Virus record (IMG/VR): IMGVR_UViG_3300045988_120991
Location: 32,001-96,000 of that record
From: a virus
DNA length: 64,000 nucleotides
Reading direction: 5' to 3' (one strand)
Shown: in pieces, positions 1 to 10,900 of the stretch
Layout of the letters: each line of letters starts with the position of its first letter
How positions within the stretch are numbered: the stretch's first letter is position 1
Made by a program: the position numbers and the translations under genes
Notes under the pieces: generated by a model
What the model was told of the DNA's origin: nothing
The model's input: only the letters and a program-made list of their open reading frames with translations
Database searches by the model: none

Positions 1-28
1 AAATTTTATCTGTTTTAGCGTAGATGAC

Positions 29-319
29 ATGGAAGACCATCAATATAATAGTGTTATGAAAATTCAATATATACAATTTGTTGTGTTTTGTCATACGGAT
101 GATATTAAGACTCCGTATGGAATTGAACGACATGATTTACTTGGATATTTAATTCGTGATATTTTTAATTGGTCGAACATGTTTGGTATGCAAGCAAAAC
201 TTGTATATGATAGAGAGGGCGTTACTGATACTGCATACTCTACTCGTACTTTAAAATTTGAGCTTACTAGAACTAATTCTTTAAATAAGGCTATAACGAG
301 GAATAAGCATGAATTCTGA
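29..319 (+). CDS. hypothetical phage protein (96 aa)
   Basis: ORF-track ORF on the same strand as, and tightly packed with, the downstream late genes. Its TGA (317-319) overlaps the next ATG (309) in ATGAATTCTGA, suggesting translational coupling. No motif recognised. Confidence 0.4.
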   Translation: MEDHQYNSVMKIQYIQFVVFCHTDDIKTPYGIERHDLLGYLIRDIFNWSNMFGMQAKLVYDREGVTDTAYSTRTLKFELTRTNSLNKAITRNKHEF

Positions 320-1046
320 TATGTTTGATGTAGATCAGCTTCAATTATATTTTGGAGACGACTATATTATCAATGACAGTATCAAGATCAAGCAACCCAC
401 TATAGGTGATATTGTAAAATTTGGAGAAGCTCAATATTTTAGTATGGTACATACAATTACTGCAATTCCGTCAGACATGAAGTCTCAATTGTGGGACCTT
501 GGTCTTGATTGGATGGAGATTGAAGATTTTGATTTGTTTATAATGTTGGCACCGACATTGCCAAAAGAAAAAACGGCATTATTGTTTGATGATTTAGATT
601 TTACTAAATTGAAACCATATAGAAACCGTGAAAATGGCGATATTGTTTTGGCGGATTTAGAATCTGGTGTAAAGATTGATAAATTGATTTATTTAAGAAT
701 CGTAAGTTATTTAAGAAAAGTTCATAACATTACGCCAAAAATTGAACGTGCAGCAAATAAAACAACAAAACAAATTCTTATTGATGAAGACAGAATGAAG
801 ATTAGGTTAAATAAAGAAAAACCATTTAAATCATATTTATTGCCACTTATTTCTTCTGTAAAAGTTCGTATGGGATATACGAAGGAATATGTTAGAAATG
901 AGGGGTTTGTTGAATTTTTTGATGATGTAAGTCGTCTACAGATTATCCACAATGCAGACCATCTTCTTGCTGGATGTTATGCAGGGACAATAGATATGAA
1001 GAAAATAAATAAGCAAGAATTGAATTGGATGAAAGAGATTAATTAG
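309..1046 (+). CDS. hypothetical phage late-module protein (245 aa)
   Basis: Long ORF coupled to the upstream ORF, followed by an AGGAGG RBS for the next gene. No family motif recognised. Confidence 0.5.
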   Translation: MNSDMFDVDQLQLYFGDDYIINDSIKIKQPTIGDIVKFGEAQYFSMVHTITAIPSDMKSQLWDLGLDWMEIEDFDLFIMLAPTLPKEKTALLFDDLDFTKLKPYRNRENGDIVLADLESGVKIDKLIYLRIVSYLRKVHNITPKIERAANKTTKQILIDEDRMKIRLNKEKPFKSYLLPLISSVKVRMGYTKEYVRNEGFVEFFDDVSRLQIIHNADHLLAGCYAGTIDMKKINKQELNWMKEIN

Positions 1047-1089
1047 TCTCTTCATAATATTAAAATTATTTTTATAGGAGGAAATTATT

Positions 1090-1872
1090 ATGGCTTTTGA
1101 TATTAATAACTTTGTAATTGATAGAGTAACTCGTGGTGTTGCTCTATCCCAGAAGGATGATAGTGTACTATTCTCTATTAACCAGATGCAGAATGTTTCT
1201 CTAAACTGCGCTTCTGAGTCCACAGATGCTGTTGATGCACTAGGCACTCCTATTGCTACTTTCTATCGTGCTAAGAGCGCAGAGTTTTCTGCAGAGAACG
1301 CCATCTTCGACATGAATCTAATGGCTACTCAGCTAGGTACTGCTAAGAAGGTTGCTAGCTCTGGTTCTAAAATTACCGCTCCTGCTATGGAGAGCTTTAC
1401 TTATGGTACTGGCACTTATGAACTAAAGCATGCTCCAAAGGTTGCGCCAAATGAGATTTATGTACTAAACGGCGATAGTACCTTTGGTAAGAAGTTCAAG
1501 AAAGGTACTAATGCTTCTGACTCCGAGTTCTCTATTGCCGACAAGACGGTGAAACTACCTACTGGTCTAAATGCCGATGATGAATTATTTGTAATGTACG
1601 ATTATGAGACCGAGAGCGCTGTTGAAGTTGTCAACTCCGCCACCGAATTCCCTGTAGGCTGCAAGTTCATCATGGAAGTTCTTGGTTGTGACGTATGTGA
1701 CCAGACTACCTTAGTCCACGCTTACGTAATTTTCAATAACTTTAAGCTATCTCCTGATTTTGACTGGAGCATTGCAACCGATGGTGCTCACCCCTTCAGC
1801 GGTAAGGCTCAGCAGGCTTACTGTGATAAGGAGAAGAGACTATTCTCCATCGTTATTCCTAGCGAGGAATAA
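1090..1872 (+). CDS. putative major virion structural protein (tail-tube-like; function from context only)
   Basis: AGGAGG lies 8 nt upstream of the ATG, and a strong stem-loop follows at 1892-1921. Codon use is extreme (12 of 15 Leu codons are CTA by manual count; mostly T-ending Ala/Gly/Thr codons), consistent with a highly expressed late gene. The tube-like call is from memory of similar N-terminal patterns, not from a search. Confidence 0.55.
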   Translation: MAFDINNFVIDRVTRGVALSQKDDSVLFSINQMQNVSLNCASESTDAVDALGTPIATFYRAKSAEFSAENAIFDMNLMATQLGTAKKVASSGSKITAPAMESFTYGTGTYELKHAPKVAPNEIYVLNGDSTFGKKFKKGTNASDSEFSIADKTVKLPTGLNADDELFVMYDYETESAVEVVNSATEFPVGCKFIMEVLGCDVCDQTTLVHAYVIFNNFKLSPDFDWSIATDGAHPFSGKAQQAYCDKEKRLFSIVIPSEE

Positions 1873-1891
1873 TTTAAGGTACTTAATTCGT

Positions 1892-1921
1892 AAAGGCCCC
1901 TGTTATCTCTCAGGGGCCTTT
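1892..1921 (+). terminator. stem-loop after the major structural gene
   Basis: AAAGGCCCCTG (1892-1902) pairs perfectly with CAGGGGCCTTT (1911-1921). The T-run is short (TTTAT), so this is either a weak intrinsic terminator or an RNA-stabilising hairpin. Confidence 0.55.
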
Positions 1922-1968
1922 ATGTAGTATAAAAAGAGAAACAAACTAACATAAAGGAGTGATAGCGA

Positions 1969-2289
1969 ATGAGATATCCACGCAGATGTCTATGTTGCAA
2001 TACAACGTATGAGTATTGCCCTTCGTGCTATGACTATCGCAATCTTCCACTATGGATGAATTCCTTCCATAATGAGAACTGCAAGAATATTTTTGAAATA
2101 TGTACAAATTATAATTTTAAGTTAATCACCAAAGAGCAGGCAAAGAAGGCACTATCTAATTGTGATCTATCTAATCGTGCCAGCTTTAGTGACTGCGTAA
2201 AACGTGATGTAGATGCCATCATGACAGAAGAGAATTCTACTGAGAACTTTTCTTTTAAAAAGGTAAAGTATTCAGATAAGGCTGAATAA
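1969..2289 (+). CDS. Cys-rich small protein (zinc-ribbon-like, 106 aa)
   Basis: AAGGAG RBS. The N-terminus RRCLCCNTTYEYCPSCYDY carries CxCC...CxxC spacing typical of a zinc ribbon. Function unknown. Confidence 0.5.
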   Translation: MRYPRRCLCCNTTYEYCPSCYDYRNLPLWMNSFHNENCKNIFEICTNYNFKLITKEQAKKALSNCDLSNRASFSDCVKRDVDAIMTEENSTENFSFKKVKYSDKAE

Positions 2290-2321
2290 GCCACACACGA
2301 AGTAGTTGCAAATAAAATAAC

Positions 2322-2364
2322 AAGGTGTTGAAGTTTCGTGTGGAACTCAACACCTTATTTTTTT
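2322..2364 (+). terminator. rho-independent terminator
   Basis: AAGGTGTTGAAGTT / AACTCAACACCTT stem (one bulged base) followed by ATTTTTTT. Confidence 0.7.
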
Positions 2365-2389
2365 ACATAGATTAAAAGGAGAAAGAACA

Positions 2390-2614
2390 ATGTCGATTGC
2401 AAAAAGCAATATAATTCCAGGCGTACAATATCAAACAGATTCTGTCGCATATATCGCTAATATGAAACAGTCATATTTGTATCTTCGTAATGGAGCAAAT
2501 CTGCTTGATATTCTTTATTTTAATACAAAGGCAGACTCGCTAGTCTTCGTATTTGAGAAGAATGATGACCTGCGGGAATTATATAAGAAATGGAATAATC
2601 ATGAACTTGAATAA
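2390..2614 (+). CDS. hypothetical protein (74 aa)
   Basis: AAGGAG RBS 8 nt upstream of the ATG. No motif recognised. Confidence 0.45.
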   Translation: MSIAKSNIIPGVQYQTDSVAYIANMKQSYLYLRNGANLLDILYFNTKADSLVFVFEKNDDLRELYKKWNNHELE

Positions 2615-2635
2615 TTTATAAGGGAGGTGGTGTAA

Positions 2636-3178
2636 TTGGCAAATCAAGATTCAACTTTTGCAACTATTATAATTGGTGTTAAGCATAATAGATTATCTGT
2701 AGTGAGAAGTGCTATTGGAACGAGTGGAATTATTGACACATTAATGTGCAAATTTGAATTTAGAACCACCGATTGGGCTGGCATTCAAAAGATGGCAGTA
2801 TTTCAGAGCATGAGTGATTATGTAAAGCATAAAGATGAAAATAAAGTTATTGTTCCATTAAATGAGCAAGGGGAATGTTATGTTCCTGCCGATGTTATGA
2901 CTGGCCAAGGAGAATTTTTAATTGGTGTATTTGGTGTATATGATAACAATAGTAGAATCGTTTCAAACTTTTTGGCATTTAAATGTGATAAAGGCTGTTA
3001 TTGCATTGGATCTACACCTGGTGGCACTACTCCCAGTGATTATGCAGAAATTATTGCTTTAATAGATAAAAAGCAGGATGTATTAATTCCCGGTGATGGA
3101 ATAAGCATTGATGAAAATAATGTAATAAGTTGTACTTGCGAAATTACACTAATAAACGGAGGTGACAGCAATGAGTAA
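2636..3178 (+). CDS. hypothetical virion-module protein (180 aa)
   Basis: TTG start 7-8 nt after GGGAGGTGGTG. The stop overlaps the start of the next fibre gene. Function unknown. Confidence 0.5.
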   Translation: MANQDSTFATIIIGVKHNRLSVVRSAIGTSGIIDTLMCKFEFRTTDWAGIQKMAVFQSMSDYVKHKDENKVIVPLNEQGECYVPADVMTGQGEFLIGVFGVYDNNSRIVSNFLAFKCDKGCYCIGSTPGGTTPSDYAEIIALIDKKQDVLIPGDGISIDENNVISCTCEITLINGGDSNE

Positions 3179-3719
3179 GACATTGAATAATGTTAGAATT
3201 CAACTCAGAAATGATACCGCCACCAATTGGCAAAATTCCACTGTGGTGCTACTGCCTGGTGAATTTGCCGTAGAAAATGATACTGGTTTATTCAAAATTG
3301 GTAATGGAACTGATGTTTTTAAGGATTTAAAATATGCAAATAAGGCTGGAGAAACTTCTCAAGAGCTGGAGAATTTAAAAGCTCAAATTGGTGATATTCC
3401 AGAAGGAAAAACCATAATCAAAATGATTGAGGAAGCGGCTTATGACGATACTACATTGTCCGGCAAAGTAACTGTAAATGAACAGGCGATTGCCTCTTTG
3501 AATAGCAAAATGGACAATATTGAGGCTGGTTCTGTAACATCCGTGAATGGTAAAACTGGCGAGGTTACTATTGCAGCCTCAGATTTAATTAAGTCTTCTT
3601 CTGACACAAATAAAATATCTATTGCTGAAGATGGAACACTTGAAGTTAATTCACTGACTTTTGATAAAATTATGCAATCAGAAGGCGATGAAATTATTCT
3701 TTCTGGTGGCGGAGCCTAA
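3171..3719 (+). CDS. fibre-like protein with Mtd_N/HylP-type N-terminal domain
   Basis: The ORF track starts at GTG 3162. ATG 3171 is preferred because it lies 6 nt after GGAGGTG and overlaps the upstream stop (ATGAGTAA). The N-terminus RIQLRNDTATNWQNSTVVLLPGEFAVENDTGLFKIGNGTDVF fits the R-x-D-T-x-x-N-W ... GE ... DT ... KIGDG pattern of phage fibre N-terminal domains. A coiled-coil-like middle follows. Confidence 0.7.
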   Translation: MSKTLNNVRIQLRNDTATNWQNSTVVLLPGEFAVENDTGLFKIGNGTDVFKDLKYANKAGETSQELENLKAQIGDIPEGKTIIKMIEEAAYDDTTLSGKVTVNEQAIASLNSKMDNIEAGSVTSVNGKTGEVTIAASDLIKSSSDTNKISIAEDGTLEVNSLTFDKIMQSEGDEIILSGGGA

Positions 3720-3743
3720 TTTTTAAAGGAGGGTTTTATTCAT

Positions 3744-5006
3744 ATGGCGACTAAAACACTAAATACGAGAATTATTATGAGAAACGACACCGCAGAGAAT
3801 TGGACTACTAAGAATCCAACTCTATCAAAGGGCGAATTTGGTGTCGAAAATGATACTAACAAGTTTAAGATTGGTGACGGAGCTACTGCATGGAAGGAAC
3901 TAGCCTATGCTGGTGCAGATGAAACCGTTATCAAATCTATTATTAACGCAAACCGCGACGCCTGTACTTATGTTGACTTAACCGAAGGGCAGGAAGATGC
4001 AGATGGCCTAGCCACTATCACATCTCCAAAACAGGGTGATACCGCTATTGTTCGCAAGGCCATTGATGATACTCATAAGTCTTATACTGCTTATGTTTAT
4101 ACTGGTACAGCTTGGTCTGCCATGGATGGCAACTATAATGCAGATAATGTCTATCTTGATATGGATATCACTATGGCTGGTAACTATACTCAGGTTGGTA
4201 ACTTAACCAAAACTCAGAATGGTACAGCTACTTTTGCCACGAAAGGCAAGTCTATTGCTGCGGCTCTAACCGACATTTTCTCTAAGCGTCTACAGCCCGG
4301 TACTCCTACCGCTCCTGCAGTAGCTCTAACTTTCGGTCAGGCTAAGGCTTACGAAGTTGGTACTACTGTATCTCCTTCTTATTCTGCTACTCTAAGCGCA
4401 GGTTCTTATACCTATGGCCCTGCTACTGGTATTACTGCCACTTCTTGGGAGATTACTGATACTGCCGGAAATACTGCGGATACTGCTACTGGTTCTTTTG
4501 CTGATGTAGTCGTTGCTGATAATACCAATTATAAAATTACTGCAAAGGCTAATTATGGTGAAGGTACAGTTGCTAAGGATAACTTAGGTTCTGATTCTAA
4601 TCCTGTAGTCAAGATTGCCGCTGGTTCTGCCACTAAGACTTCTGGTGCTATTACAGGTTATCGTAATACTTTCTATGGCACTGTAGCTGAAAAAGCTGAA
4701 GTTACTAGCACTATTATTCGTGGACTGTCTGGTAAATCTAATGCAGCATGGTCAAATGGTAAGTCTTTTACTGTTAATATTCCTGTTGGCGCAGTTCGTG
4801 TAATTTTTGCATATCCCGCTACTCTACAGGATGTCAGCTCTGTAAAGGACGTAAATGGCCTAAACGCTGAGATTAAGAGCGCTTTCACCAAGTCTGCGGT
4901 AACTGTAGCTGGTGCCGGTGCTGATGCTGGTATTGAATATAAGGTATATGTAACTGACTTTGCAGAACCTGTTGCAAAGGCTAATTCTTATACGGTGAAA
5001 ATCTGA
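3744..5006 (+). CDS. fibre/receptor-binding-like protein with Mtd_N/HylP-type N-terminal domain (420 aa)
   Basis: AGGAGG RBS. The N-terminus RIIMRNDTAENWTTKNPTLSKGEFGVENDTNKFKIGDGATAW is paralogous to the 3171, 6364 and 16983 genes. The remainder is Thr/Ala/Gly-rich and beta-like. Confidence 0.7.
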   Translation: MATKTLNTRIIMRNDTAENWTTKNPTLSKGEFGVENDTNKFKIGDGATAWKELAYAGADETVIKSIINANRDACTYVDLTEGQEDADGLATITSPKQGDTAIVRKAIDDTHKSYTAYVYTGTAWSAMDGNYNADNVYLDMDITMAGNYTQVGNLTKTQNGTATFATKGKSIAAALTDIFSKRLQPGTPTAPAVALTFGQAKAYEVGTTVSPSYSATLSAGSYTYGPATGITATSWEITDTAGNTADTATGSFADVVVADNTNYKITAKANYGEGTVAKDNLGSDSNPVVKIAAGSATKTSGAITGYRNTFYGTVAEKAEVTSTIIRGLSGKSNAAWSNGKSFTVNIPVGAVRVIFAYPATLQDVSSVKDVNGLNAEIKSAFTKSAVTVAGAGADAGIEYKVYVTDFAEPVAKANSYTVKI

Positions 5007-5024
5007 TAAAGGAGGAGAAAGATT

Positions 5025-6329
5025 ATGGCTATGACTTTTGGTACACTTGATTTTGCTGTTGCTTTTAACCGCCAGACGGCTTTCCCTCTGGATGCTAAAA
5101 GCTATTTTGAAAGCTTAGAACTTGCTACCACCGCCGCTGCTTCCGCACAAGAGGCTGGTAGTTCTGAAACTACTTATTATTTTGGTCAGACTATTGCTGT
5201 TGTTGAGGGTGGTAAGGCTACTCTTTATGTAATTCAACCTGATAAGACTCTGAAAGAGGTTGGAGGAAATATTCTTATCAATGAGAATGTTTTTGCCAAG
5301 GACGAAAATGGTGTTTTGAATCTACTTGGTTTTGCCGATGCAGTTGGTGGCGCTCAGTTAGTAAAGACTGAAGACGGTAAGATTTCTTGGGTTAAACCAG
5401 ATACCACTACCGTTGAAGGTCTATCTACTGCTATCGAGTCACTAAAGACTGTTGTTGGTGATGATAAAGGTGGTCTTGTAAAGCAGGTTTCTGACAACAA
5501 GGCAGCTATTGATACACTTAATGGTGACAAAACTGTATCTGGTTCTGTCGCTTATCAGATTGCACAGATTGTTGCCGATGCAGATGAGAGTTTTGATACT
5601 CTAAAAGAAATCGCAGATTGGATTACGACTCATAAGACCGATGCGGCTACAATGAATTCTCAGATTAACACCAACAAGGATGATATTTCAGCTTTAAAAA
5701 CAAAAGTTGGTGATACTTCTGTCGCAGATCAAATTGACGCTGCTCTAAAAGATGGTGATAGCAATAAGTATGCACTAAGCTCTGACTTAGATACTGCTAA
5801 TGGCAAGATTACTTCCCTACAGGAACTAGTTGGAGAAACAAAGGTTGAAACTCAGATTTCTACCGCACTTGACTCTGCTCTAAAGGTCGACGGTGCTGAA
5901 AAGTATGCACCAGCTTCTCACACTCATGAGATTGCTAATGTCACTGGTCTTCAGGGTGTACTTGATGGCAAGGCCTCTGCCTCTGATGTAGAGGCACTAC
6001 AATCTGACGTTGATGGATTAAAGGCTAAGGCCCATGAACACGCCAACAAGACTGTTCTTGACGGTATTACTGAGGATAAGGTTAATTCTTGGGATGCCGC
6101 TCAGCCCAACGTTATCGAGTCTATCAAGATTGGCGGAGCCGCTCTAACTGTTGGTGCAGATAAGGCCGTAAGTATTCCTGCTGCAACTGCTGAGGCTCTT
6201 GGTCTTGTTAAGGCCGACGGAGCGACCATTGAGTCCACCGACGGTGTACTCAGTGTTAAGGCTGTTGGCATTAGCAAGGTCTTCGTCGAGGATGGCGTTG
6301 AGCTTGTTATGGACGGCGGTAATGCTTAA
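5025..6329 (+). CDS. fibre-like coiled-coil protein (434 aa)
   Basis: AAGGAGG RBS. Ala/Thr/Val/Asp-rich composition with long heptad-like stretches and one HxH motif (SHTHE). Sits between fibre paralogues. Confidence 0.6.
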   Translation: MAMTFGTLDFAVAFNRQTAFPLDAKSYFESLELATTAAASAQEAGSSETTYYFGQTIAVVEGGKATLYVIQPDKTLKEVGGNILINENVFAKDENGVLNLLGFADAVGGAQLVKTEDGKISWVKPDTTTVEGLSTAIESLKTVVGDDKGGLVKQVSDNKAAIDTLNGDKTVSGSVAYQIAQIVADADESFDTLKEIADWITTHKTDAATMNSQINTNKDDISALKTKVGDTSVADQIDAALKDGDSNKYALSSDLDTANGKITSLQELVGETKVETQISTALDSALKVDGAEKYAPASHTHEIANVTGLQGVLDGKASASDVEALQSDVDGLKAKAHEHANKTVLDGITEDKVNSWDAAQPNVIESIKIGGAALTVGADKAVSIPAATAEALGLVKADGATIESTDGVLSVKAVGISKVFVEDGVELVMDGGNA

Positions 6330-6363
6330 TTATTATTTTATGATTTAAAGGAGATTGACATAT

Positions 6364-7881
6364 ATGGCTAATAAGACTTTTAATACACGTATTAAGAACA
6401 AAATTGATACTTATGCGAATTGGATTGATAAAGATCCTGTCCTGCTTAATGGTGAAATTGCCGTTGTAGTTATCCCTGCCGAAACTGGTGCTGTACAGGG
6501 CGAACCTGTTACTCTATTTAAGGTCGGTGACGGCACTAAGAACTTTAGCCAGCTAGAGTTTACTGGTGCAAAGGCTGCTGATGTTTATGGTTGGGCTAAG
6601 GCTGCTACCAAGCCAACGTATTCTGCTACCGAAATTACTGGTCTAGAAGCTTATATTGGTGAGAAGATTCAGGATACTGATACCCAGTATAAGCTAGAGG
6701 CTGATGCTGAAGATGGCCACAAGTTCTATCTATATTCCAAAGCCAAGGGTGATGAGGCTTTTGGTACTACGCCTGTAAGCACTATCACTATTCCTGAGAC
6801 TGTATATACTCTAGCTACTGGTACTGCCAATGGTACTGTTAAGTTTAATGGCGAGGATGTAGCTGTTAAGGGTCTAGGCTCTGCTGCTTATACCGACTCT
6901 ACTGCTTATGATACTAAGGGTGCCGCTCAGACCGCAGAAGACAATGCTAAGGCTTATGCTGACGGCAAAGACACTGCTATTGCAGCAGCTAAGAAGGCCG
7001 GCACTGATGCTCAGGATACTGTTAACGCTCTATCTGGTAAGGTGGGCACAGTCCCTGAAAACAAGACTGTTGTTGAAATGATTTCTGATGCTCAGGCTGC
7101 TGCAACTTATAATGATACCGAGGTTAAGGCCGGCATCAAGGCCAATGCTGATGCTATTACTAAGCTAAATGGCACTTCTGCAGTTGAAGGTTCTGTTGAT
7201 AAGAAGGTGGCAGACGCTATTAATGAGTTTGCTACTAAGGTTAGCGATGACCAGACTGTTAACACCTTTAAGGAGCTAATTGATTATGCCGCTGACCATA
7301 AGGACGAGTATAGCACTCTGTCTGGCGAAGTTCAGGCTAACAAGACTGCTATTGCCACTCTAAACGGCAAAGATACTGACGCTGGTTCTGTAGCAAAGAC
7401 TGTTAAGGATGCCGTTGATGCCGCACAGGCTACCCTTCAGGGCAACATTGACAAGAAGGTTGACAAGGTAGAAGGTAAGGGTCTATCTACCAATGATTAT
7501 ACCACTGACGAGAAGACCAAGCTAGAAGGCATCGCCTCTGGTGCTCAGGCCAACGTCATTGAGACTGTTAAGGTTAATGGTGTTGCACTAACTCCTGCCG
7601 ACAAAGCTGTTGACGTTACTGTTCCTACTGGTACTCTTGCTAGTAAGGATAAGGTTGCCGAAACCGACCTTGTAGACACTCTTGCTACAAAGATCAATGG
7701 TAAGCTAGATGCTTCTGAGGTTACTGGGGACCTTCTGACTCATAACGCTTCTGAGTTTGCTACCGCTGATCATAACCATGACACCGTTTATTCTAAGCTA
7801 GACCACAATCATAAGATTGAGGATCTAGAGCAGAGCGCTTATATTATTTTCGACTGTGGTACTGCTAGTACCATTATCTAA
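6364..7881 (+). CDS. fibre protein with Mtd_N/HylP-type N-terminal domain (505 aa)
   Basis: ATG 6364 is preferred over the track's TTG 6355. The N-terminus ANKTFNTRIKNKIDTYANW...GEIAV...FKVGDGTKNF is paralogous to 16983. Contains the GKGLSTNDYTTDEKTKLEGI motif (7474-7548) common in phage fibres, and HxH motifs DHNHD and DHNHK near the C-terminus. Confidence 0.75.
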   Translation: MANKTFNTRIKNKIDTYANWIDKDPVLLNGEIAVVVIPAETGAVQGEPVTLFKVGDGTKNFSQLEFTGAKAADVYGWAKAATKPTYSATEITGLEAYIGEKIQDTDTQYKLEADAEDGHKFYLYSKAKGDEAFGTTPVSTITIPETVYTLATGTANGTVKFNGEDVAVKGLGSAAYTDSTAYDTKGAAQTAEDNAKAYADGKDTAIAAAKKAGTDAQDTVNALSGKVGTVPENKTVVEMISDAQAAATYNDTEVKAGIKANADAITKLNGTSAVEGSVDKKVADAINEFATKVSDDQTVNTFKELIDYAADHKDEYSTLSGEVQANKTAIATLNGKDTDAGSVAKTVKDAVDAAQATLQGNIDKKVDKVEGKGLSTNDYTTDEKTKLEGIASGAQANVIETVKVNGVALTPADKAVDVTVPTGTLASKDKVAETDLVDTLATKINGKLDASEVTGDLLTHNASEFATADHNHDTVYSKLDHNHKIEDLEQSAYIIFDCGTASTII

Positions 7882-7917
7882 GTGGCATTGCCTCTTCACA
7901 TTAAGTAGTTTATTTAA

Positions 7918-7949
7918 TAGGAGGGGCATTACACCTCTCCTATTTTTTT
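7918..7949 (+). terminator. rho-independent terminator
   Basis: TAGGAGGGG...CCTCTCCTA hairpin followed by T7 (7943-7949). Confidence 0.65.
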
Positions 7950-7976
7950 AGACTATACAAGGAGGAATGAAAACTA

Positions 7977-10900
7977 ATGGCCTATATAAATAAAGTTACT
8001 GTTAGAGGCAGAACATACAATTTAGAGAATCTAACGGATGGTACTCACATTGTTAGATTGCCTACTTTAAGTGGAGATGATGTTTTTGTTACAGAAAAGA
8101 CATTACAAACCGGTGTAAAAGCATCTGAGCTTACTGATGGTACTCATACTGTTAGTTTGCCAAAAAATTTAACAAAAGATGATACATTCGTTCTACAAAG
8201 CGCACAAGATAAGGTTAATAACACTAAGGTTGATAAGGTGAATGGCAAGGGATTATCGACCAATGACTATACTACTCCAGAAAAGAATAAACTTTCTGGT
8301 ATTGAAGATGGAGCCAATAAATATATTCACCCTATCTATAACGCAAGAGTATCTGGTCTATATAAAATTACAGTTGATAGTACCGGTCATGTTAGTGATG
8401 TAAGCGAGGTTACAAAGGACGACATTACTGGCCTTGGTATAACTGATGGTACGGATGCAGTTACTCAGGCTAACGCATATACGAATAAGACTATTTCTGA
8501 ATATGAACCTTATTCTATTGAAGTTGTAGACACGCTACCAGAGTCTGGTGAAGACAGAACATTCTATCTTGTTCCTAACGAGTCTAAGACTGGTTATACG
8601 AAATACTGGTGGATTACTGACAATGGTGAACAAAAGTGGGATGAGTTTAAGGGTGCTTCTACTGTAGTTGTGACCGAACTTCCAACAACTGGTGAGAAAG
8701 AAACAGACTATATCCTACATTCTGATGCAGGATGTTTTTATTACAAATGGATTGACAACGAATGGAAGATGGTTGCAGGAACCGTTGCCCATATTGTAAA
8801 TGAATTACCACAGATCGGAAACGAATATTCAGATTACTATGTGAAAAACACCGATGATTCATATGTACATTATCGTTATATTGACGGTGCATTCTGCATA
8901 ATTGGTGGAGACACATATAACAAAACACAAGTAGATAATAAAATTTCAACATTAAAGACTGATATTGATTCAAATACAACAAACATTACTTCTCTAAGCC
9001 GCACAGTTGATGGTATCAGACAAGATTTGGATAGTCTAGATACAGAGGGTTATACTTACTACGCTACTTATGGCAATGCTACTCTTGCGACTGGAGACGA
9101 AGCAGAAAACGTATTTACACTTTATGAAGTTAAAAATGAAAAAGAAGAAGTTAAAAGTCAGTTTGTAATTACTGGTGGAGGTGGCGGAGGCACTACAACC
9201 ACTACTCTTAAGGTTGAGCGTATTACCGAGTCCCCCATTATTGTCACAACAACTGACAAAGTAGAAATAAGCTTCAACTATTCTTCAACAGATAGCGATG
9301 GAGAGTCAGTTGATGGTACTTGTACTTGGAAACTCGGAAATACCGTTCTATCCACTGGAGCATTAGTTCAGGGTGTTAATACTTTTGACATGACTGAACA
9401 TGTGAATATTGGCACTCAAAAATTTGTTTTAACAGTTGTGGACGCCGCTGGTAGTGTTGCAGTTAAATCTTGGACTGTGCAAAAGGTTGATGTCAGACTT
9501 GAATCTTCATTTAGCGACAAGATTGCATATGAAGCTAACAAGTCTGTGAACTTTACATATACACCATATGGTGCAATAAACAAAACTGTGCATTTTGTTC
9601 TTGATGGGGCTGAAATAGGGACTGTTGCTACAAGTTCATCTGGTACACTACAGTCTTATACACTCCCAGCTCAAGAACACGGAGCACATTTACTTGAGTG
9701 CTACATTACCGCAACGATTAACGGAAAGAGTGTTGAAACGGATCATATATTTAAGGATATAATTTGGTATGATGAAAATAGTGAGACCCCCGTCATTGGT
9801 TGTGTTTATAGATATGACCACTATGGCAAGGTGGAGGCTAAGCAGTATAACTCTACAAACATTCCATTCTATGTATTTGATCCAAAGACAGAAACACCAA
9901 CTATTACGAGAAGTGTTGACGGGAAGGTTATCGCAACTCAAACTATGTCTGGAACATCAGATGTTTGGGCGTATAAATCTTCTGATATTGGTGAACATAC
10001 GCTTACTATTACTTGTAAGAGTACAACACTAACGATTGTAATGGACATTAAGGAACTTGGCATTACTATTGAGCCAATTACTGCTAATCTCGCATTTGAC
10101 TTTAACCCAACTGGTCTATCGAACAGTGATGAAGACAGACTATGGAAAGATAATAGCACGAATGTCACTATGACTGTTTCTGATAATTTCGACTGGTCGA
10201 ATGGTGGTTATCAGATTGATAGTGATGGAAATCAATATTTCTGTGTAAAAGCTGGAACGACTGCGACTATTAATTATAACCTATTTGAGAGAGATGCAAA
10301 CACTTATGGTTCTGAGTTTAAGTGCATTTTTAAGACTACGAATGTTAGAAAAGCAAACGCAACGTTTTTGACTTGTCAAGCAGACTCTACCGTTGTTGGT
10401 CTGGAAATGAATGTTCATGAGGCATATTTGAGGTCCAGTATTAAGAGTCTGTATATTCCTTATAGTGAGGAAGATGTTATTGAGTTTGAGTTTAACATTA
10501 ACTCACTCGATAAAGATAATCCAGACGCAACGGCTATTATTATGAGTTATGAGGACGGTGTTGGCTTAAGACCAATGATTTATGATTCTACTCATAGGTT
10601 GTATCAGTACGAGCCTGTACCTATTACTATTGGCTCTACAGATTGTGATGTTCATATTTATCGTATGAAAGCTTATACTTCTGCTCTGACTGATTCTAAC
10701 ATTCTTTCTAACTTTATTGCAGATGCCAGAGATTCTGATGAAATGATTGCAAGATATAACCGTAATCAGATTTATGATGAAAACAATGCTTTAACTCCTG
10801 AATCTGTAGCAAATGCTTGTCCTCAGTTGAGGGTCATTAAGATTGAGTGTCCACACTTTACTAATGATAAGAAAGACTATGTTAAGGGAACGAATGTTGA

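Noticed and set aside
9175-9210. A Gly6-Thr5 run in the giant adhesin as a slippage-prone tract.
   Set aside because: It is encoded by mixed codons (ggt gga ggt ggc gga ggc act aca acc act act), so it is a flexible linker rather than a DNA homopolymer.
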